A DNA stretch of 45,283 bases, counting the filler, from Catajapyx aquilonaris (Eukaryota): assembly GCA_000934665.2 (NCBI GenBank). It is 2 parts of 2 records of this genome, joined end to end, with 100 filler letters (N's around TTAATTAATTAA, not from the genome) between each part and the next. Parts side by side here need not be neighbours in the genome. Positions count along the whole stretch, not along the records: positions 22,601 to 45,283 come from KZ539429.1; 1 more part is not named here. The stretch is one strand, 5' to 3'. Positions within the stretch are counted from its first letter, which is position 1, and each line of letters opens with the position of its first letter. Under the pieces are notes generated by a model. It was not told the origin of the DNA and did no database searches. It was given only the letters and a program-made list of their open reading frames with translations. Below are positions 36,801 to 45,283 of the stretch, in pieces. The position numbers and the translations under genes were made by a program.

Positions 36801-38428
36801 ATTCAAGCAGAAGAGGACAACTCTAGAAATTGAAGACAGCTTCACACTAATGTGCTCATATTGCAAATAGAGCATTATGGAGATCATGATTACATTTTGT
36901 GCTAACAAGCAGTGATGCATGTTAATGAATTACGAATGAATAACCTTAACATTTCCGCAGGAAGTCCAGCTTTCCCTTCTGAGCAAGCTCCCAGTATAAA
37001 CAACATATGAAATTTTGATACAGTGTCTCTACAGTTTGGAGATACTGTATTCTGTAATAATAAATATTTGGTACATAACACAACATTATGATAGCTAATG
37101 CTCGAGTGTAATAATTACACTTCGGCGGGTGCCAATATTCTTGAGGTTGCTTAGGCATACGTGTAACGTAGTACGTGACTTTTATAAATATACACGTTGA
37201 CGGCTAGAGTGATGACTATGTTTAATTGCTAAATCATGACGGCCTCGATGAAGAGATGGGAGATTACCATGTAAAAGCAACATGTAATTACGCAAATCAC
37301 AGGATGTCACGCTGCCGTGCAAAATTCTGCGGAAATGTCTCATTCGTGACCATAATGTTTCAAAAGAACGTCTTGCAAATGCATGTCGCTTAACTGTCAT
37401 TACTTCACACCCTACCCTATAATAAGAAACGTATGATACACGTAACGATGCGAAACCTTGCAAGTATCACAATCTTACAGCTCAAATACGTTTACAAAAT
37501 TTAATGAAGCTTCGTAATATCTGTCGTCCAATTATATTAACTTTTTGTTTTTTGGACATAACTTTTTCCAGAGTAATCCGATTGAGCTGGAATCTGAAAA
37601 TGTTATGCCTAATTGAATTTACAGAGAATATGCAGGTTTTGAAGAATTTCTGAGTTTCAGGGGGATATCAACAATAGTTTTTTGTTTATTTTCCCATACG
37701 AGTATTATGCGAAAATTCAACATCTTCAAGCACCACAATCTGAAAAATCAACTATAAATGCTACAAACCTTGAGAAGATAATCACTCACATCTGGTACGG
37801 TACTTGGTCTAGTAACCCTTTCCCCCCCCCCAAACCCATAAAGTAATATAATTATGGCCACTACTGTAAATATGTGGGTATTTATCGCTGTAATATTATT
37901 GTGATTGTAATGATAATTATTACCAGGTTGGCAAGGAAAAATGCAACACATTTTACACAGATTACTTTCGGACCTATTTTTACGCGGCCGCTCTCCGATT
38001 GCTCCACATACGAATACGAGAAGAGCTGGAGAAAAAAAAAATCACAATTTCTCTTGTAAACGTGAGCAGCGAGCATTCATCTGTTTGGTTGGGAGAAGAG
38101 CATTAAATTCATCTCCTGAAATTTCCCCTGGCTATGCTTTCCTTTCGCATCGATCAGCCTCGAAACAGGAGAATGGCGGAAACAAATAACCTTCACGAGC
38201 TTATACAGAGGGCGGAGGGGCATGAGGGTGGGTGGATACGGAGAAACCTCCCCAAATTGTGGAACTGTTCCTGTAATCGGATATCCAGCAGCATTCCCTT
38301 GCATTTGCATGCAAGGGGAGGAGGGAAAGAAGAAGAAGAAGACGAGAAAAAAAAAGTTGGGTCCGAGCATCTCTGGTAGATCTGAATGCCCTCGGGGAGA
38401 ACCCTCCTTCCATCCCTCCCTTTTTTTC

Positions 38429-38456
38429 TTCCTTCCTTCCTTCCTTCCTTCCTTCC
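38429..38456. repeat. (CCTT)n microsatellite
   Basis: About 7 tandem TCCT units. Confidence 0.9.
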
Positions 38457-38976
38457 TACCCAACTTTCACGAGTGTCACGACAGCTGTAACTGGCCACTG
38501 CAATCGATTGATTTGGTTTGCAGTCCAACGCTCTGGAGCAATCGAGCTTCCTTCCTACGTCGTGGAGTGGAATTGAAGATGTGCTTTCCCCTCCCCCACT
38601 TCTTCTTCCTTTTCTCCTTGCCACCTCTTTTTCTCCCCCCCTACTTTCCACCTCCCCAACTTTCCATCAGAGGGAGGGAGGGTAGGGCGGGGCCGAATCG
38701 CAAAATAAGGGATAATTTTTTCCGCCCCCCCTTCCACCCCACCCTCAGGGGCAGCCCGACTGACTTTACTGGGACCCAATTTTTCTTCTTCTTCTTCTTC
38801 TTTTGGAGTTGCAACTAACTTCCAAGAGTATGCAACTTTCTCGAGGGAAGAAGGGATGGTGGGGATGGGGGCACAACGTGGTGTGGTTCTCTACAACGTC
38901 CTAACTCGATGGAAAATGCTGAGGTATAGAGAGGCAATAGTGTCACCATACACATTCATGCAATAACACCGCCAAC

Positions 38977-39019
38977 TTGCCCCAACTTACCCTAATGTTA
39001 TTAGGGTAAGTTGGGGCAA
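38977..39019. repeat. Perfect 20-bp hairpin with 3-nt loop
   Basis: TTGCCCCAACTTACCCTAAT-GTT-ATTAGGGTAAGTTGGGGCAA. Confidence 0.9.
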
Positions 39020-41112
39020 TACGGCATTGCTTCTAATATATATGGCACAAGGTGGTTGGAGATATCGGAACTCACGCCAACATTTCCGATGCCAACTCTG
39101 CTAAAAGTCGCACGATAATCTTCCTTTCGTAACATAGACAAAAAAATTTGCTGCCAAGCTCAACTTTTCCATGAATGTTAGCCATGAATGTGAAAATGAT
39201 TTAAAAAAATTTATTCCAGACTTAACCACTTGCAAAGTCTGGATTTTTGTACTTCACATTGACAGCGACCATTTTTTAAGATTTCTGGCTTGTAAAATGC
39301 AAAACCTCTGCACAGACACGTGCGAGTATATTCGTAGCAAGTGCATTGTGCCTCGTACTTTGACTTGAGAGCGTCAGACGGGGTAGGATTTTCTTGGCAT
39401 TCACGTCTCGTCGTCCTCTTGTGCGTGGATTCCGAGACACAAAAGACGTCGTCAGGACGCAAAAAAAAGAGGAGAGAGATGGGGGAAGAGACTGGGATGG
39501 AAGAGGAGGAGGAGAAGAAGAGAGAAGCGAATACATGTGATCTGGAAGTGGTGAAAAGCACCGGTTATTAGGCTCATTCCGTCTTGCGGCCGACACAGGC
39601 CTGCCATCAGCCCGGAACAAAAGCAGGTCCGGATTCTGCTCTGGGGAAAAAAAATCTCTCTTCTCTCTTTTTCTCTATACCTGCCAACCCTCCCATCCCC
39701 ACCCTCTTCAGTATTTTTTTTATCATGCTGAAAGAAATATAATAAGCCCTAAGACTCTCAGAATGGCCATTCCGCAGAAATAGGAAATAAAACCACATAG
39801 GGGGGGATTTTCTGGCTAAGTCTCCGGGAGAGACTCAAAGAGAGAGAGAGAGAAAAGTATTTTATGTTTTGTTTTTGGAGAGATCAGTAATACCTGCAGT
39901 ACACAGAGAAGCTCAAGGTAAATAGTTGCTCTGTTTCGAGTAATTCCAAAAAAAGCGTACGTGATGATGCATTTTTTAAAAGTCTATAGGCCTACTGTAA
40001 ATTAATTGCTTTGCATCACACCTTTTCCACCTGGCGCCCTGAACCACCCTGTTGTATAATACTCGAGCGTGCAGTGTTTAACGTAGATATCGACGTAACG
40101 GAAATTGCGGAGCACATGTCGACAACGTGGAGTAACTCGATTTAATATATTTAATGGAGAATGGCAAATGACATGGCTTGCTCGGAGCAAAATTAATTTT
40201 ATGGGTGGAGGATAATTAGTGCTCGGTAGATTAAATTCCAATGCTGCAATGGACATGGATCATCCACCAAGTAAGCGGTGATTAAGCATGTACGGGTTAC
40301 ACTGCGGGGATTAGGGAATATTATTTATGTACAGCAATGCCCAGGGGACCAGTTCCGCTCACTGGCATTCAAATATTTATGTAATAAATCAGCCATTTTT
40401 CTTCTTAGGCAACATCCATATTTGGCAGAATGACACCTACGGCAGTGTCAAACTGTACCCGTCGCAAATTAATTCCATCAAATAGTAATTATGTGGCGTT
40501 AATATTATTATAAAACAATATTGGCAATTAAGCAGTGTTAAATTTTAATACATTTATCACCACAATAAATACTGCACTAACAGCTGAGTTTTAATAAATT
40601 TTGCCTCTCCTTGGCGCTATATTCATGTAACACAGGATGGTCAGTAATTTCCACATTTATACTTCAAGTACACGGTATAATTTTGGGATAATGGTCACAT
40701 ATGGCTAGTGCCAGAATAATCATGTTTGACCAAAAGCAAAACTGTTTCTAACTGAAAAAAAATTAAGTTTGTATGTAAACAGCAACTGATGTTGGTTTCC
40801 TCTATCTTTTCGTCGACAATGTAACACTGTGTGCTACGAGACCGTCACCCACATTTTCAAACCCCCATCATTATCAGATTCCCCCCCCCCCTCCCACTCC
40901 TATCAAAAGCCACATGTCTATCTTCCCTCGCTGCTTTTGACTGATCTCCCTCTGAATATTGCTCTCAGTGCATAAAACGCGAGGCTCGATTGGCAGCTGG
41001 TGTTTGTTTTCCTTTAGCACAAGGTGTTGGCAGATGGGCTCCCTCCCCTCCCTATGGGGGCTCCACTTTATCTCCAGCAGAAAGTTATCTTATCATGCAA
41101 TGGGGGTGTGGA

Positions 41113-41149
41113 TAGGTAGGTAGGTAGGTAGGTAGGTATAGGTAGGTAG
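41113..41149. repeat. (TAGG)n microsatellite
   Basis: About 9 TAGG units with one TA interruption. Confidence 0.9.
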
Positions 41150-44100
41150 CTCATGGGGAGAGGGAACCTCACCTCTCACGTGGTGGTTGTCACCTGGCTT
41201 GATGGGAATATCGGCTTGGATTTCCGCCAAGGCTCTGAATATTGATACTAGACTAATGAGAAACGTTCCTGTCAGCAGGCTCGAGCAGGCTTCAAAACTG
41301 CTGCCGGGTGTCGATTACCTATCCACCAAGGAAAATGGGCCCCCAGAGGAATCCAGACCGTCTTCAGTTGCCCTAATGATTTATGCGAGAAGCTAAAAAA
41401 AAGTCAGCATAAAATCCGTTTAATTGCATAGTCAATTTGGCAGAATATTCGTGTAATTCTCCTGCACTACTCATGTGAGATAATCGACAGTTAGCCGGAT
41501 AATTGTGACAAATTTTTAGCAAATAATCCGGATCTGCCTGTTGTATCCAGAACAAAGTCGCATTTCGTTGCGTACTGAACAATCCACCGCCATCAGCATG
41601 GAAAAAAACCAACATTTTTGGGAGGACAAGATATTCAAAAAAAAGANGGGGGGGGAATGAAAGGAAAAAACCGAGGTAGTGGGACGGGAAAGGAAAAGAA
41701 GAAGAAATCCTGGGGATGAAGGTGCTGGGGACACAGGACACACAAGATGTAGTATATGTAACGGAGAGAGAGGAAAAATTGGACCCAGAATCCTAGAAGA
41801 TTCCGCTTGTTTCGATCAAGAGAAGGAAGGTCTCTTCATGGAAGCAAAACCGGAGGGAAGAAAATAAATATATAAAAAAATAAAGAAGGAAAGTCGCGGA
41901 ACGGCGAATTTTGTGCTCGTCCTGTAGCCAGGCAACGCTTGTCAATATTTTCCAGTAATTTCGGGATATCCTGCGATTATACGGATGCTGGACAAAGGAT
42001 AGTCGAGTCGTGCCTGGACTGAGTCAGACAAAACATTTTTTTTTCTGCGGGGGAGAGGAGGATGAAATGTCAGTTAAGTGTATCTGGTACACCACCATTT
42101 CCAAGAATATAGACTTGATCTTAGTCCAGGAAAATAGCCGAAAATAAATTCTCTGTTTACTGGACAGGCCAACGGACCAAATCTGAGGTCAAATTGTTCC
42201 TCGCCAATCAATGAAGAGACGTGTATTTTGGCGCATAACAGGGAGACGAGTAACAAGGGCAGAAGAACACCTAATTCAAGTGGCATAAAAATCCAGGCGC
42301 CAGCATAGCCTTCGGGCCCTCCATTTTCGATATTGTGGCCCGCAACAAAAGTCATCTTGCGGTACCAAACACCTCATCTCTCTCTCCCATATCTCTCAGC
42401 AAGCACCCTCCAAAAGAGGGTCGATATGACTGATAGGGCAAGTTTCGCTTGTAAACGTCGCTTCGAATGTATCTGACGTCCTACTTTTTTTTTCTTCTTC
42501 TTCTTCTTCTTTCCTGCCCTCCAACCCTCCAGATTGGAAAACAATGCAATATGGATTCGGCCATCTCATGAAAGTTATCCCCAGAAGGTTAACAGTGGTA
42601 AGGGGAAGGGAGAAAAGGTCGATTGTTTCAGGGGCCGTCGGCAGCAGCACCCGAGCAACACACAATGCCCGTCCGCATAATTCGATATTACCCATATTTT
42701 GGGGTCCGGTCGACCTTTGACACGCCAGGAATGCAAACACCAAAAACGATATCTCCGGACCCGACGAGATGCTGTTGGTTCCGGCAGACGTTTCTGAAAC
42801 TGTCTGGAAACTGGCACAACAATGCCCAGACGACCAACGTAATTTTGACGCATATTTGGCGGGCAGCAGTGACGATCAGAGGCTTGGGGCTTTTTTGACC
42901 GGACCAATACGTGTGAGTGTCAGCGTCACTTTCCTTCCCTGCTGGACATATACGTGCACTGAAACTTCGAACTAACCTTCCCCCCCACTTCAAAAAAAAG
43001 AAAAGAAAAAATCCGGATTATCTTTCCGGTCAGCGGCAGCTTTTTTTCCCTCTTCCTGCCATCATAAATCGGATACCCAGAGTTTCCCCCTCAGATATGG
43101 ACCCTAAGTGATCCGGACGGCCATTATTACATTATTTCCATTCCCCGAGGTTGTACAGATGAGGAGAAAGGAAGGAAAGAAACGGACCCTTCCCAGAGTT
43201 CTGTTTTTTCCGGTACATTTTTTTTCTCTTCTTCTTCTTCTTCTTCTTTCAAGGGATGCCTTTCCTTGAGGGTGGAACCCGGAAAAGAAGGAGGAAAATG
43301 GAGAATGGGACGAGGCTGATGAATAATCCAACGATTTTGAAAACGGGTCGGATTGAGGAAAAGGGAAAGGGAAGAAGGGGGGGGGGGGTTGCCCGGATCT
43401 TACTTCATATGCATCCTCATAAATTATGATGACTGGTGCTATTGATCCTTTTCGGAGCTCTCTCTCTCTCTCTCTCTTCTGCGTTTCCATATGTCGAAAC
43501 AGGGGGAGGGGGGAGTAACGGTTAAAACCCGGTTATACCTCCTCATCCTGAAGGAAATGGCTGGGCTTTCCCGACTGAAAAGGTGACATTTTTGTCGACG
43601 CCACCATTTGCATATGCCAGGAAAGACTTTTTAAACGTTCAGCTCAATTAAAGAAATGCCAGCTTGATACCAGCATCGTAAAATGTAATAAAAAAATTTT
43701 CTGGACCGAACAAATCGTGTCTGGAACATTCCGGCACGTTCCGATTCATTCTTTGAGCAGACAAGGTGCCTGTACAGAATCCATTTGCGATCCAAGTGCA
43801 TCCTGTAAGATCCGGAAACAGCTCCGGTAATGACCCAGGCTGTGAAACAGCAGATTGGAGGAGAAAAGGGGGGAAAGGGGCTGGGATGGGAAGAGAAAGT
43901 TAGAGTGTGGTTGCTTTACGAGCCCACAATTTGGGGGAGGGAGGTCCTGTGGGGTGGTAAAAGATGTTGAGATTCTAGGAGAGAAGAGACGGGCGCCCGT
44001 AGTGTAGTAACAGGGTAATCCAGGGGGTCGCCACAACAACCCTCCAGAGCGGTGCGGGAATACCAATTAAAGAAAATAAAGACATGCAAATATGGCACTT

Positions 44101-45283
44101 GGAGGTAGATACGTTGGAGTGCTCTTGACTTGTAATACAGAGAAGTGCTGGAGGTTGTTGTAGTGCTTGCTCACGAAAGTGGGTGTTGTGTAGCCACAAG
44201 CCTTGTTTGGCCAGCCTGAGCTCATTACATGTCCACGCTTAATTACCTCGTTAAGGATAATACAAGCCACGCTTTTTCTAACTGATGCAATTGCTCCGGG
44301 ACCACGTAAGTAAAACATGTTCTCAGAAAGCACAGGGCTCTTGATGCCAATACATATTGTTGCTACATACATGCCTCTTCGTGGTCTATCTCCACCAATT
44401 ACCATCGCTCTCCGTAATGAACATGTACTAGATTTTTTGGGACCCAGTTTCGCAACCATGCTCGTATATGATTGTGTGCCACACAGAGCGCACTGAGTGC
44501 CCTGCAAACACACCAGTATGATACGCGAGAGTGTATCCGAGCCAATAATGTCGTGTCTGGTGGGCCAGCAGCTTCGACCTGGGGTAGGATTACAATCAAT
44601 GCCCACATGCACCCCCAAAAAAAACTCCCCCTCCCCCTCTCTCCATCTCTTTTTTTGTATGTATCCGTGATGCACCCGCATCTTTTCCCAAACCCACTTC
44701 CAATGCATAATGGGATCCAGACATTTCTTTATCGGGAAGATAAACAAAGCTACGAGTAAAAAAAAGGCGGTGAGGTCATATCTCTACAGCGGTCATGAAG
44801 GAACCCAGTTATTTTTAATGCGTTGTATCATTTTAAAATCGTGTAGCATGCTGGGTGCATCACCCTGTAGTGTGTAAAATTTAATGCGTTCTCCGCAGGC
44901 ATAAAAGCGGTACTTGAAAAGTGCACAGTGGGAGTGTTTTAAAAATATTAACACGCAAAGGCAAAAATTGCGGTGTTGCCTGAGTTGCAGAAAGGTGTTT
45001 ACAAGTACGAGTGGGAGTAATTAGCATTTCCGCTTTATGTTGATGGCTTGAAGCGGAGGGGTTCATTGCTGCAGGATTTTATTAACACTCGGCAAAATGT
45101 ATACCGCTAAATGTATTAACTTTGCGGGTGTTAAACAATAGGCTGTGAGCCTAAAATTATAGCAGGGCGGGGGCTCAATATTATGTTGTGAAGTATTACG
45201 TAAACACAATTTCATATGCCGCTAACAGTGTTTGGCCGCACGTTCGTTATGATTTCACGTCACGTTGGATATTTCCAAAATAT

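Noticed and set aside
38077..38818. Overlapping 128-198 aa ORFs on both strands
   Set aside because: Produced by stop-poor (CCTT)n, (GAA)n and (CTT)n low-complexity sequence.
44067..44747. Longest ORF (226 aa, minus strand)
   Set aside because: Non-ATG start, no recognisable domain, and Cys/Trp/Arg-rich composition typical of non-coding translation.

Overview
This is eukaryotic, most likely arthropod, non-coding genomic DNA (intergenic or a large intron). The taxon is inferred from the repeat types and a TTAGG array and cannot be fixed from sequence alone. I find no intact protein-coding gene, CRISPR array or prokaryotic-type system, and nearly all of the supplied ORFs look like chance ORFs. 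The window alternates between AT-rich transposon-derived tracts and TE-poor GA/CT-skewed tracts. Supported features are: a full-length tRNA-derived SINE with target-site duplication; a defective tRNA-Ala-like Pol III unit with a GGC anticodon; at least five CAGGGTG-ended foldback MITEs; two Tigger/pogo-like non-autonomous elements; several other foldbacks; an internally deleted mariner fossil; a pogo DDE_1 fossil; two Helentron/DINE-like fragments; solo hAT-like ends; and two assembly gaps, one containing an artificial TTAATTAATTAA linker. The most interesting signals are an excess, and one chain, of apparent transposon excision footprints, MITEs carrying CTCF-like motifs, the Ala(GGC)-like Pol III unit, and a TAATCC homeodomain-site cluster. 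None of these is demonstrably a new biological system. All counts are by eye.
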